Positions 18,004 through 28,282 of a stretch of 64,000 bases of DNA are shown here, piece by piece; the stretch's first letter is position 1; the number at the start of each line of letters is the position of its first letter. The translations under genes were made by a program, and so were the position numbers. Origin of the DNA: Gemmatimonadota bacterium (lineage in GTDB: Bacteria; Gemmatimonadota; Gemmatimonadetes; Gemmatimonadales; GWC2-71-9); contig JBDHKN010000017.1 of NCBI GenBank assembly GCA_039586365.1, positions 1-64,000 on the forward strand, written 5' to 3'. The notes below the pieces were generated by a model. That model did no database searches. It saw only the letters and a program-made list of their open reading frames with translations, and was not told where the DNA came from.

Positions 18004-18682
18004 GGAAGCGGCAAGAGCTGCAGACGAGGCGCTTTTGTGCAGACGCCTCGAGCTCCTCGGAATCAAGCTGCCCGTCGTCGTTCACGAAAACCGCACGGTC
18101 CTGGTCAGCCTGACCAGAGGGGGGGTGGTACGAATTCACCGTGGGTTCGCCTACGCCTCCGACCGCACTCTGCAGGCAGTAATTCGGTTCGTGAAGCCCA
18201 CGACTCGAAGACCGGTACGCCGACAGGCGGAACAAGAGGTAATCTCGTTTCCGGTCGACGAGTATGTAACACCGCGGCGGCTACCCAGTAGAAGGGCACG
18301 TCACAGACCGGGCGATGGAAAGCTGCTGGCTGAGCTGCGCGGCGCGCACGATCGTCTCAACAGGGCGCATTTTGGAGGGACTCTCTCCTCCATTCGGTTT
18401 CAAATATCAGATCGGATGAGAACGCGTCTGGGAGAACTGACGTTGGATGCACAAACGCACGAGGTCGTTGAGATAGCGATCAGTCGACGTCACTTGAAGC
18501 TGGACAGCTGGAAGGAAATCGAGGATACGATACTGCACGAGATGATTCATCAGTGGCAGGCCGAATGCGGACTGAAAGTCGATCACGGTTCGACGTTCCG
18601 AGCTAAAGCAAAAGAGATTGGCGTTGTGCCACGGGCAGACCGCGCCGTGGGAGCTACGCATTACTCGGGCCAGCGCGGTTGA
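17972..18682 (+). CDS. SprT-like domain metalloprotease
   Basis: LN..HF.G.L, S.RMRTRLG, TILHEMIH, DHG..FR. Confidence 0.85.
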   Translation: MKRRSRLNWAKEAARAADEALLCRRLELLGIKLPVVVHENRTVLVSLTRGGVVRIHRGFAYASDRTLQAVIRFVKPTTRRPVRRQAEQEVISFPVDEYVTPRRLPSRRARHRPGDGKLLAELRGAHDRLNRAHFGGTLSSIRFQISDRMRTRLGELTLDAQTHEVVEIAISRRHLKLDSWKEIEDTILHEMIHQWQAECGLKVDHGSTFRAKAKEIGVVPRADRAVGATHYSGQRG

Positions 18683-18694
18683 CCGAGAGGCCGT

Positions 18695-19879
18695 ATGACC
18701 TACCAGGGTGTGGACTTCTACGACGTGGATTCGTTGCTGAGCGGCGAGGAACGGGCCATCCGGGATACGGTGCGGCGTTGGGTGGACGACTCCGTACTAC
18801 CGATCATAGCTGAGCACTACTTGGAAGGCAGGTTCCCGCTTCATCTGGTTCCTCAGATGGGGGAATTCGGATTCTTGGGCGCCAACCTGCCAGCGGAGTA
18901 CGGGTGCGCTGAACTCGACAACGTGGCCTACGGCCTGATCATGCAGGAACTGGAGCGCGGTGACAGTGGAATCCGTTCCTTCGCATCGGTCCAAGGTGCA
19001 TTGGTCATGTATCCAATACACGAGTTCGGCAGCGAGGCACAAAAGCGGTTTTGGCTACCACAGTTGGCGCGGGGCGAAGCCATCGGGTGTTTTGGACTCA
19101 GCGAACCCGATTATGGATCCAATCCCGGTGGACTCGTGACGACCGCTAGGGAAGACAACGATTGCTGGATTCTAAATGGTTCCAAGATGTGGATCACCAA
19201 TGGATCCATGGCTCACGTGGCGATCATATGGGCGAAGACGGGATCTCTGGACGATTCCGACTCGATCCGTGGCTTCGTTGTCCCCACCGATGCGACGGGT
19301 TTTTCGGCCAAAGATCAAAGAGGCAAGCTCTCGCTACGGGCGAGTGACACCAGCGAGCTCGTGCTCCACGATGTTCGGATTCCCAGGGACTCGATCCTCC
19401 CTCAGAGTCGGGGGCTCAAGAGCCCTCTCATGTGCCTCACTCAGGCAAGGTACGGCATTGCCTGGGGCGCCGTCGGAGCCGCGATGGCTTGCTTTGAGGA
19501 AGCCGTCAGCTACGCCAAGAGTAGAGTGATGTTCAACCGTCCTATCGGAGGATTCCAACTGCAGCAGGCGCGTCTGGCAGAGATGCTTTCCGAGATCACC
19601 AAGGCACAGCTGCTGTGCCTGCAACTAGGGCGGCTCAAGGATGCCGGCCGGATGAGGCCGGCACAGGTTTCTCTGGCCAAGCGAAACAACGTGAACATGG
19701 CAGCCGAGTGCGCCAGAGAGGCCCGCCGCCTCCTAGGAGCTAGTGGCATTCTGGCGGAGTATCATGCGATGAGACACTTGGCGAACCTGGAAAGTGTCTA
19801 CACCTACGAGGGTACCCACGACGTTCACACATTGGTGCTCGGTCAGGAAATCACTGGGCTCGATGCTTTCGGGGGGTGA
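18695..19879 (+). CDS. Acyl-CoA dehydrogenase (glutaryl-CoA dehydrogenase-like)
   Basis: ELERGDSG.RSF.SVQ, GCFGLSEPDYGSNP, KMWITN, YTYEGTHDVH. Confidence 0.92.
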   Translation: MTYQGVDFYDVDSLLSGEERAIRDTVRRWVDDSVLPIIAEHYLEGRFPLHLVPQMGEFGFLGANLPAEYGCAELDNVAYGLIMQELERGDSGIRSFASVQGALVMYPIHEFGSEAQKRFWLPQLARGEAIGCFGLSEPDYGSNPGGLVTTAREDNDCWILNGSKMWITNGSMAHVAIIWAKTGSLDDSDSIRGFVVPTDATGFSAKDQRGKLSLRASDTSELVLHDVRIPRDSILPQSRGLKSPLMCLTQARYGIAWGAVGAAMACFEEAVSYAKSRVMFNRPIGGFQLQQARLAEMLSEITKAQLLCLQLGRLKDAGRMRPAQVSLAKRNNVNMAAECAREARRLLGASGILAEYHAMRHLANLESVYTYEGTHDVHTLVLGQEITGLDAFGG

Positions 19880-20088
19880 GCCGTGGGAGCTTAGCCATGG
19901 CAGGGCGCGCTCGTCGCCCCACACGAGTGCTGGATTCGCAGGAATTCTTGCTTTCCCCGGACCCCGTCAGCCAGCGGTATCCGAAGGAGTCAGACCGGCA
20001 GTAACGAGTCACGCAGTCAGATCACTGGATATGTAACCTGTGGGCGCAGCCAGGCGTAGGGTTCCTGGGACATCCAGGAGTTCATCGC

Positions 20089-20343
20089 ATGTTACACTCA
20101 ATCTGGTTTCTGATCGTTGGCGTGATTGCGGGCTGGCTTGCCGGCAAAGTGACCAGGGGACGGGGTTACGGGCTGTGGGGCAATCTCGTGCTCGGTTGCT
20201 TGGGAGCACTTCTCGGCGGGTTCCTATTCGGCATTCTGGGAATTCGTGTTGGTGGCCTGGTGGGAACCCTGCTGGCGGCGTTCGCCGGAGCGATGATTGT
20301 CCTGTTCGTGACACGGAGACTCGGCCAATCTGGCCTGCTGTAG
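20089..20343 (+). CDS. GlsB/YeaQ/YmgE family membrane protein
   Basis: VGVIAGWLAG...GYGLWGNLVLG..GA..GG pattern; SD AGGAG. Confidence 0.88.
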   Translation: MLHSIWFLIVGVIAGWLAGKVTRGRGYGLWGNLVLGCLGALLGGFLFGILGIRVGGLVGTLLAAFAGAMIVLFVTRRLGQSGLL

Positions 20344-20592
20344 GTTGGTGATGCCCGGGTAGAGAGGTACCTCGCAAGCTTCGCTGCTAGCAGATCGCTC
20401 CCCAGGGCGACAACCGCAAGCGGCGGTCCTCGACAAGCCCTCACGTACTGCGCACGCGAACAATCGCAAGCCGCACGCTGAAACGTAGAGTAGCGGCCGG
20501 TGTATCTATGGTCCGAGTCATGGGAAGCTCGGCTCCGAACTGTGGCAGTTGACCGCCGTTCTTCTTGGACAAACAACACACTGAGGTCTGGA

Positions 20593-21762
20593 ATGGGGCC
20601 ACACTCGGTGAGGCTGCTTGTGATGGTAGCCTGCGCCATTCAAGCGAGCGCCTGCGGCGCTTCGGTCACTGATCCTGCGTCGCAACAGCCACCGTTGACT
20701 GTCGGCCACGTGGCGCTCACCGAAGTAGTGCAAGTATCCGGCATGCCGGTGTATTTGACTGCCCCTCCCAGCGACCCCCGCCTCTTCATCGTCGAGCGGG
20801 CTGGCCGAATCCGCGTCGTCGAAGACGGGCAATTGCTTGCAGCGCCGTTTCTCGACATCACTGATTCGGTGAGCGGTGGTGGGGAGCAGGGACTGCTGTC
20901 CCTGGCTTTTCACCCCGACTACGCAACGACCGGCTACTTGTACGTGTACTATACGGATGTGGCGGGCGACAGCCGTATAGTGCGTTACCAGGTCTCCGCT
21001 GATCGCAATGTTGCTGCCCCTGGTTCTGCCAAGGTCATCCTCACCGTCAGTCAGCCGTACCCCAATCACAACGGTGGGCTTTTGGTCTTCGGACCTGGCG
21101 ACATGCTCTTCATCGGCTTGGGAGATGGTGGGAGTGGAGGGGACCCTCAAAACAACGGGCAAGACCCCAGTACTCTTCTCGGTTCACTACTCAGGATCGA
21201 CGTAGACAGAGGGGATCCGTATGCTATTCCTCAGGACAATCCCTTCGTGGGTGGTGCTGATTGGCGCGAGGAGACTTGGGCCTATGGCCTACGCAACCCG
21301 TGGCGGTTCTCATTCGATGATACCGCGGGCATGCTCTACGTTGCGGATGTAGGTCAGAACAGTCGGGAGGAAGTGAACGCGACTTCGGCTGCAACCGGTG
21401 GACTCAACTATGGCTGGCGGATCATGGAGGGCAGTAGCTGTTTCAATTCTCAGGACTGCACCAGCAACGGCCTGGTCCTGCCAGTTCTGGAATACGTCAA
21501 CGGAGTGGATGGGTGCGCCGTAGTGGGCGGCTATGTATATCGTGGAGTCGAGCTCAGCAGCCTAGGCGGGACATACTTCTACTCTGACAACTGCGCAGGA
21601 TGGATCCGCAGTTTCAGGTTGGAGTCTGGGACGGCGACGGAGCAGAAGGAGTGGGATGTGGGTGACATAGGCAATGTACTCTCATTTGGAGTAGATGGTT
21701 TTGGAGAGTTGTATGTGCTGTCGGCGAACCGGAGGGTCTATCGTTTCGATAGCGTCAGGTGA
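20593..21762 (+). CDS. PQQ-dependent sugar dehydrogenase family lipoprotein
   Basis: EQGLLSLAFHP, NHNGG, GDGGSGGDP, GLRNPWRFSFD, DVGQN, NYGW. Confidence 0.9.
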   Translation: MGPHSVRLLVMVACAIQASACGASVTDPASQQPPLTVGHVALTEVVQVSGMPVYLTAPPSDPRLFIVERAGRIRVVEDGQLLAAPFLDITDSVSGGGEQGLLSLAFHPDYATTGYLYVYYTDVAGDSRIVRYQVSADRNVAAPGSAKVILTVSQPYPNHNGGLLVFGPGDMLFIGLGDGGSGGDPQNNGQDPSTLLGSLLRIDVDRGDPYAIPQDNPFVGGADWREETWAYGLRNPWRFSFDDTAGMLYVADVGQNSREEVNATSAATGGLNYGWRIMEGSSCFNSQDCTSNGLVLPVLEYVNGVDGCAVVGGYVYRGVELSSLGGTYFYSDNCAGWIRSFRLESGTATEQKEWDVGDIGNVLSFGVDGFGELYVLSANRRVYRFDSVR

Positions 21763-21956
21763 GCCTGCCTCCACTCGACTCTTGTTGGTCTTCTCAACGC
21801 AAATGCTGTATTGTTTCACATTCAGATCATGAGGTTGGCACGCCGGAGGGAGCGGCCCGGTGTGCCCATGCTGTTGGGTCGGGGAAGCGGTCATCACGGT
21901 TGTTCCATTCCTCCGGAAACGTCTGTCCTTCTTTATTCACGTCTTCAGAGGGCGTT

Positions 21957-22487
21957 ATGCTGAAATGGGTCCTGGCTTTGGTCGGCAGCTTGATTGCTCT
22001 TGTGGTACTACCGCTGATCCTCGGGATGTTCCTGCCGAAACAGCATGTCGCAATCAGTAGTGTAACGCTGCGCCAGCCACCCGACTCCCTGTGGATCGTG
22101 ATGTTCAATCTCGCAGACTATCCTGCTTGGTGGCCGGATGTCAGGAGCATGGAGCGCCGACAGGATGATGCGGGAGGCGAGATCTGGGTACAAACCGACA
22201 CGCAGGGGAGGGAGTTGCCGCTCGAGATGGTCAAGTCAGACCCCCCAGCCAGGTTGGTCATGCAGATCGCGGATGAGAGGCTGCCGTTCAGGGGCAGCTG
22301 GACCTATTTGATCGAGCCGGCTGCATTTGGGAGCATGGTGACCGTGACTGAGGAGGGCGAGATATTCAATCCGGTCTTTCGCCTAGTAGCCCGAGTCTTT
22401 CTAGGCTATCACGGCACGATCGACAGATACCTGCAGGCACTTGGCTCGCGGTTTGGCGAGGACGTAACGCCGGCGCACCTCAACTGA
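21957..22487 (+). CDS. SRPBCC (polyketide cyclase/START) family protein with N-terminal TM
   Basis: G..LP..H, YP.W..DV, PF.GSWTY, TEEGEI.NP.FR. Confidence 0.8.
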   Translation: MLKWVLALVGSLIALVVLPLILGMFLPKQHVAISSVTLRQPPDSLWIVMFNLADYPAWWPDVRSMERRQDDAGGEIWVQTDTQGRELPLEMVKSDPPARLVMQIADERLPFRGSWTYLIEPAAFGSMVTVTEEGEIFNPVFRLVARVFLGYHGTIDRYLQALGSRFGEDVTPAHLN

Positions 22488-22495
22488 GATGTGAT

Positions 22496-23704
22496 ATGAC
22501 GCGTTCGGGAGGACAAACCGAGCACATTCGGAACCTTCTGCTGGATAGCAACCTGCACGTCATCTTCAGTGTCACCCTCATGGCCGTGCTAGGAGTGTCG
22601 ACCATAACGCCGGTACTTCCCAGTGTTGCCGACGTCTTTCATCGTACGCCTCAATCGGTAGCACTGCTGATTGTCGCATTTACTCTGCCAGGAGCATTCT
22701 TCACACCCGTGGTAGGTGTAATGGGCGACAGGATCGGTCGGAAAAAGGTGTTGGTGCCATCGTTAGTTGTCTTTGCTTTGGCCGGTGCTGCCTGCGGCTT
22801 TGCGCGGGATTTCCCGTTGCTAATTGCACTCAGGTTCCTGCAGGGGACCGGTGCTGCGGCACTCGGCGCTATCAATGTGACACTACTCGGTGATCTCTAC
22901 GACGGCCCCAGGCGGGCCGCCGCAATGGGGTACAATGCAAGTGTTCTTAGTGTTGGCACCGGGATTTACCCAGCATTGGGTGGTGGCTTGGCGGTTCTTG
23001 GGTGGTATTTCCCATTTTTTTTGCCAATAGTAGCTCTTCCGGTCGCCATGTTGGTCGTGGTGGTGCTGGACAATCCGGAGCCCACGGCCGAAGGCAGCCT
23101 ACGCGAATACTTTGCAGTTACACTGCAAGCCGTGTGGAATCACCAAGTTCTCACTTTGTTTGCTGCGTCCATTGTCACGTTTGTGCTGATCTATGGCTCG
23201 TTCCTAGCCTACTTTCCGTTTCTCTTGCAGCGTTCGTTCGGTGCCTCTGCTGTGTCAATCGGCCTCGTGATGTCGGCAACCTCGGTAGCGACGGCCGTCG
23301 CATCGTTCAAGGTAGGGGCACTGTCACGTCGATATGGATCCCAGGCGCTCGTGAAGACCGGCTTCCTCCTCTACGTGCTGTCAATGGCCGCCATACCGTT
23401 GGCGGCGGAGCCCTGGCTGCTCACCATGCCTCTCCTCCTTTTCGGTATCGCCAATGGACTCGTCATACCCAGTATTTTGACGATTCTGAATGGACATGCT
23501 CCGACGGAATACCGTGCCGCTTTTATGTCCTTGAACGGCACTCTGTTGCGGTTGGGTCAGACCTTGGGGCCGCTTCTCGTCGGACTGGCGGCGGATCTAG
23601 TGGGGATGAGTGGCTCGTTCCTGATCAGTGCTGGATTGGCTCTGCTGATGTTGCTGGTACTGATACGGGCATTGCCACGAGAGTCTGGGGCGGTAGTAAC
23701 CTGA
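22496..23704 (+). CDS. MFS transporter
   Basis: GDRIGRKKV motif A, LRFLQG, about 12 TM segments. Confidence 0.92.
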   Translation: MTRSGGQTEHIRNLLLDSNLHVIFSVTLMAVLGVSTITPVLPSVADVFHRTPQSVALLIVAFTLPGAFFTPVVGVMGDRIGRKKVLVPSLVVFALAGAACGFARDFPLLIALRFLQGTGAAALGAINVTLLGDLYDGPRRAAAMGYNASVLSVGTGIYPALGGGLAVLGWYFPFFLPIVALPVAMLVVVVLDNPEPTAEGSLREYFAVTLQAVWNHQVLTLFAASIVTFVLIYGSFLAYFPFLLQRSFGASAVSIGLVMSATSVATAVASFKVGALSRRYGSQALVKTGFLLYVLSMAAIPLAAEPWLLTMPLLLFGIANGLVIPSILTILNGHAPTEYRAAFMSLNGTLLRLGQTLGPLLVGLAADLVGMSGSFLISAGLALLMLLVLIRALPRESGAVVT

Positions 23705-23747
23705 GCCGATACCCGAGCCTGCTTTGGGTCCGGTGCTGGCGCTCGCC

Positions 23748-24974
23748 CTAGCCACGTTCCTGGGGCTTCTCAAGTCGGTACACTCGTATGTGGTAGGCAC
23801 CTTCCTCGTCCCGATAGCTCCCGATCACGAAGTCTCTCCCTATTTGGTGGACTGCCAAACCTCTTGGCGTCTCTACCGTTCCCAACATTCGGTGGTCTGA
23901 ATCAAACACCGTCCAAGTGGGTGTTCCATCTCCAAATGGGAGATATTCGGCTACCCAGAGGTTGTCGTCAGAGTCGATCAACATGGCACCGTACGCGGGC
24001 ATCGTATCAGGGTACGGTAGTGCCGCGAGTTGTCGCTCCCTTTGAGCCCGCTCTCTCTCGTGTACCCCGGTCAGTCTGCCCCGGACATAACGCTCGATGA
24101 TCTCTGCTGTCACAGGACGTGGCTCTCGCACAACGCGTGCGATGTCCGTGAGCCTTCCGTGCATGTCGTAGCTCTCGATTTGGTACGTGTCCTGGGTCCC
24201 GACGTACACTCTGTCGTCACTCACTGCAAACACAGTCGCACGGCCAAACGGTCGGCTGGTTACTCGCACTATCCGTGAGCTACCCTTCGTAAAGATGCGT
24301 TCCGCTCCTCTGAAGGTACCAACTTCATTCAAGTACTCCCCAGTCGCTGAGTAGCGGGAAACCCTGGCAGGTCCGCGGACAAGACCCTCCGGAGTACTCG
24401 CCTGCTGTGTCATCGAACGTGCCCAGTGTCGCGCATCTCGGATCGCCGCCAGCGAGCTGTCTGCGAAAACCCCCCTGACCGATCCGGGCTCCGCCTGGAA
24501 AGTGACTATCAAGGATATCGATTGTTCGAAGTTGCCGGCTGGGTCAAACAGCGATAGCCGCAGCCTGCCGAAATCGAACGCCACAACATCTCCGGAGCTG
24601 GTAGTCCCGAGCCACTCCAGCGCGGCGAAATGTATCGATCCTTCGCCTCGGCTTCCTCCGCTCAGGAGATATCTACCAGTGGGATCGACCCAACGGAGTT
24701 CCTGCGTCCCCGCGTTGGCAACGACGATCGTGCCATCCTCCAGCCTAAGGGAGCCCACAGGGCGAGAAATCCTGTGTAGCGAGTCCGCGTCAGCCCCACC
24801 AATATCGACCACGGAGGTGTCGGCCAGTCGCCAGGAATCGGCTCTACCCCATTGGGGCTCGAAGTTCTCGATGATTGTAACGCCGGCGCTATCGCGGACC
24901 ACGGGCGGAGTTGGGGCACCACCGCCACAGGCGGCAAGCAGCACGAGGCCCAGGAGTAGTATGCATCTCTTCAT
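23748..24974 (-). CDS. Beta-propeller-type lipoprotein (paralog 2)
   Basis: LAAC lipobox, VVRDSAGVTIIEN, DSDDNLWV, WTVFD; similar to neighbouring gene. Confidence 0.8.
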   Translation of the reverse strand: MKRCILLLGLVLLAACGGGAPTPPVVRDSAGVTIIENFEPQWGRADSWRLADTSVVDIGGADADSLHRISRPVGSLRLEDGTIVVANAGTQELRWVDPTGRYLLSGGSRGEGSIHFAALEWLGTTSSGDVVAFDFGRLRLSLFDPAGNFEQSISLIVTFQAEPGSVRGVFADSSLAAIRDARHWARSMTQQASTPEGLVRGPARVSRYSATGEYLNEVGTFRGAERIFTKGSSRIVRVTSRPFGRATVFAVSDDRVYVGTQDTYQIESYDMHGRLTDIARVVREPRPVTAEIIERYVRGRLTGVHERERAQRERQLAALPYPDTMPAYGAMLIDSDDNLWVAEYLPFGDGTPTWTVFDSDHRMLGTVETPRGLAVHQIGRDFVIGSYRDEEGAYHIRVYRLEKPQERG

Positions 24975-24977
24975 GGC

Positions 24978-26144
24978 TCAAGTCTTCTCGAGTTCGTAGA
25001 GGTGGATGTGCTCGACGTCAAAATCGTCAGTCCACCGTCCGAGTACGAAGTCCGACCCTATTTGGTGGATGGTGAAGTTGACGGGTGTTGCAACGGTACC
25101 CAGCATCCGGTGTTGCGAGTCAAAGACGGTCCAGCGTGGCCTCTGGTCCCCGGGAGCGCAGGACTCCTCCACCCAGAGATTGCCGTCTGTGTCGACACGG
25201 ATTCTCCCGTAGGCCGGCATTGACTCAGGGTAAGGCAAGTAACTCAGCCGGGCTCTCGAGCGTCTTCTCTCGACGTCATCGGTTGCTTCTGTGAGCGATT
25301 GCTCGATAAATGCCTCGATGTGTGCAGGGGTGACAGTGAGGTTGTCCTGCTGTCGACGAACACTGCCGATGAGTCCACCATCGGGATTGTGAACCGTAAT
25401 CGCATAACGGTCTTGCGTTCCGACATAGAACGCGCTGTCTGTCACCGCATAGACCGTGCTGTCTACGCTGGAGCCGGTTCCGGTCCGCTGGATTTCTAGG
25501 ATCCGTTCGGTTCCTGGGAACAAACCCAACGAGTCCAGAAACTCACCGGTATTCGCGTACCGGTATAGACCATCAGACCGTCGTCTCAATCCCTCAGAGA
25601 GGTCATCTGCACCCATCGCTCTGCTAGTCAGCAACAGAGATCCGTCGGCGAACATGCCGAGCACCAAACCACGCTGGCCCAGCGTTTGCGCGCGTCCGAA
25701 CTCACCTTCTGTGTCGAAAACAGAAACTCGAGAGTGCCGCTGATCATAGGCGATTATCGAGTCCTCTCCCAATTGAGCCACCCAACCCAGGCCCTCAAAT
25801 TCACCCGGCCCCCCACCACGACCGCCTGCCGTCCTCACGTATGTCCCCTGGGGATCAAACCAGCGGAGTTCTTGCGTGCCCGCGTTGGCCACTACGATGG
25901 TGCCATCGGGCAACCGAAGGGAACTGTTGGCACGAAACAACTGATAGTGTGTGTCGCCCTCGACTACACCTATTTCCACAGCCGGATTGGCCGATAACCG
26001 CCATGCGTCACGGGTGTTCCATGCAGCATGTTGGCTTTCCACAATGGTTATGCCGCCACTGTCGCGAACAACAGTGTAGCGATCACCGTTGTCTGCAGCC
26101 GTGCACGCAGTGACGGCTAGCGTAATGATCGATGCCCATCTCAT
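24978..26144 (-). CDS. Beta-propeller-type lipoprotein (paralog 1)
   Basis: VTAC lipobox, VVRDSGGITIVES, GRGGGPGEF (NHL/6-blade-like), DTDGNLWV. Confidence 0.82.
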   Translation of the reverse strand: MRWASIITLAVTACTAADNGDRYTVVRDSGGITIVESQHAAWNTRDAWRLSANPAVEIGVVEGDTHYQLFRANSSLRLPDGTIVVANAGTQELRWFDPQGTYVRTAGGRGGGPGEFEGLGWVAQLGEDSIIAYDQRHSRVSVFDTEGEFGRAQTLGQRGLVLGMFADGSLLLTSRAMGADDLSEGLRRRSDGLYRYANTGEFLDSLGLFPGTERILEIQRTGTGSSVDSTVYAVTDSAFYVGTQDRYAITVHNPDGGLIGSVRRQQDNLTVTPAHIEAFIEQSLTEATDDVERRRSRARLSYLPYPESMPAYGRIRVDTDGNLWVEESCAPGDQRPRWTVFDSQHRMLGTVATPVNFTIHQIGSDFVLGRWTDDFDVEHIHLYELEKT

Positions 26145-26257
26145 ACTCGCACCCCGTTGTTGGAAGCTACTCTTCGATCAGGTGACCGACTAGCTGTGGC
26201 CGCCCTGACTGGCACAATCGTCCGATGCTAAATTCAATGGCCATTTCCAAGTGCGAC

Positions 26258-28282
26258 ATGATCATGAACCAAAAGCAGGCTGAACGGCGGGTCCGAGAGC
26301 TACGGTCTCTCATTCGGCACCATGACTATCTCTACCATGTTGCGGACCAGCCGGAGATTGCAGACTCTGCGTATGACGCGCTGTTCGCGGAACTGCGTGA
26401 ACTCGAGGCTCGATACCCGGAGCTGGTGAGCCCGGATTCCCCCACGCAGCGAGTCGGAGGCTTGGCGCTTGACGAGTTCCCCAAGGTGGAGCATACCGCG
26501 CCCATGTTGAGCCTCGATTCGGCTCAAGCGGAAAGCGCATTGCGACGTTTTGACGAGAGGGTCCGCAAGGGCCTCGGCCGGACCGATGTCGAATACGTAG
26601 TAGAACCGAAACTGGACGGGGCCTCGGTGGAGCTGGTGTACCAGGGAGGATTGCTGGTGCGGGCCTCTACCAGAGGCGACGGTGTGGTTGGAGAGGGGAT
26701 CACTGAGAACGTACGGACAATCGCTGCCGTCCCACTGCGGCTACGCGAGGGCAACGTCACTCCTCCGACCCTCCTGGCGCTCCGCGGTGAAGTGATTATG
26801 CGGGTAGACGCATTTGAGCAACTGAACGAGAAGTTGCTGTCCGAGGGAAAGAGCCCGTTTGCAAATCCAAGGAATGCGGCTGCCGGAGCCCTGCGGCAGC
26901 TAGATGCGCGGGTTACCGCATCACGGCCGCTGGACATCTACCTGTATGACGTGCTTGCCTCTGAAGACACACGATTCGACACGCAATGGGGTGTTTTCAA
27001 GGCGCTTAGGGCTTGGGGACTGCAGGTCAACGATCTGCCGAGACTCGTCCGATCGGTGGATGAGATCGTCGAATACCACAGAGCACTACACGAACGTCGT
27101 GACGACCTGGATTATGAAATAGACGGGGTGGTGGTGAAACTCAATGATCTCGCGGCACGAGATGGCCTGGGTACTACCTCTCACCACCCCCGTTGGGCCT
27201 TTGCCTTCAAGTTCCCACCCCGCAAAGAGGTAACGCGGGTGGTCAAGATCGTATCGAGTGTTGGTAGGACGGGCGTCATAACCCCTGGTGCGATGCTTCG
27301 TCCCGTAGAAATCGGCGGAGTGACGGTTAGTCGTGCCAACCTCCACAACCGAGAGGAAGTGGCCCGCAAAGACATCCGGGAGGGCGATCTGGTCCGAGTT
27401 CAACGAGCGGGCGACGTGATTCCTCAGGTGGTGGAACGAGTGGACGAACCCGGTCGCAAGAGAGCAGTGGCGTACAGGATGCCGGCCGAATGCCCTTCCT
27501 GCAGCACGCCAGTCGCAGAGCGAGGCCCCTTCACGGTATGCCCCAACAGCTTCGAGTGCCCTGCCCAACTGGCGGCCCGGCTGGAGCACTTCGCATCTCG
27601 GATGGCACTCGACATAGCGGGACTCGGTGAGGAAACCGCTAGGCTTTTCGTGAATCAAGGGCTAGTTAAGCGATTGCCTGACCTCTTCCATTTGAGGCCG
27701 CATGACTTGACCAAACTCGAAGGGTTCGCCGACAAATCTGCCAACAACCTGATTGATGCAATAGCGCGTGCGTCCCCCGTGCCGTTTCACCGCTTCCTGT
27801 ACGGTCTCGGCGTGCCAGAAGTAGGCACCACGGTCGCCAAAGATCTGGCAAGGCATTTTGGTTCGCTTCGCAAGCTCTGGGAGGCGTCAGTGGAGGAGCT
27901 TGAAATGGTGGACGGAGTCGGGACCAAGATGGCTGAGCAGATCAGGGCCTTCTTTGCGGATGAACGGAACGCAGCCATCCTAGACGACCTGCTGGATGGC
28001 AAGGTGCAGATCGAGGAGACGACACCTGCTGCCGCTGGACCTCTCGCTGGTCTCAGCATCGTTTTCACCGGTGGTCTGAGTCGCCTCTCACGGCGTGAGG
28101 CGGAACAACTGATCGAGTCACTCGGGGCAAGGGCGTCTTCCTCTGTGAGTAAGGATACTGACATCGTCGTGGCCGGGGTCGATCCGGGTAGCAAGTATGA
28201 CAAAGCGGCTAAGCTAGGTGTCAGGATTCTGGACGAAGACGGTTTCATCCAGTTCCTGGTGTCTAGGGGCGTCGAGGTCTGA
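26258..28282 (+). CDS. ligA: NAD-dependent DNA ligase
   Basis: MLSLD, EPKLDG, TRGDG..GE, NPRNAAAG, C4 zinc finger, HhH, C-terminal BRCT. Confidence 0.97.
   Translation: MIMNQKQAERRVRELRSLIRHHDYLYHVADQPEIADSAYDALFAELRELEARYPELVSPDSPTQRVGGLALDEFPKVEHTAPMLSLDSAQAESALRRFDERVRKGLGRTDVEYVVEPKLDGASVELVYQGGLLVRASTRGDGVVGEGITENVRTIAAVPLRLREGNVTPPTLLALRGEVIMRVDAFEQLNEKLLSEGKSPFANPRNAAAGALRQLDARVTASRPLDIYLYDVLASEDTRFDTQWGVFKALRAWGLQVNDLPRLVRSVDEIVEYHRALHERRDDLDYEIDGVVVKLNDLAARDGLGTTSHHPRWAFAFKFPPRKEVTRVVKIVSSVGRTGVITPGAMLRPVEIGGVTVSRANLHNREEVARKDIREGDLVRVQRAGDVIPQVVERVDEPGRKRAVAYRMPAECPSCSTPVAERGPFTVCPNSFECPAQLAARLEHFASRMALDIAGLGEETARLFVNQGLVKRLPDLFHLRPHDLTKLEGFADKSANNLIDAIARASPVPFHRFLYGLGVPEVGTTVAKDLARHFGSLRKLWEASVEELEMVDGVGTKMAEQIRAFFADERNAAILDDLLDGKVQIEETTPAAAGPLAGLSIVFTGGLSRLSRREAEQLIESLGARASSSVSKDTDIVVAGVDPGSKYDKAAKLGVRILDEDGFIQFLVSRGVEV

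Noticed and set aside
20373..20471. Three CGCAAGC copies in an intergenic region
   Set aside because: Too short and irregularly spaced for an array; could be chance
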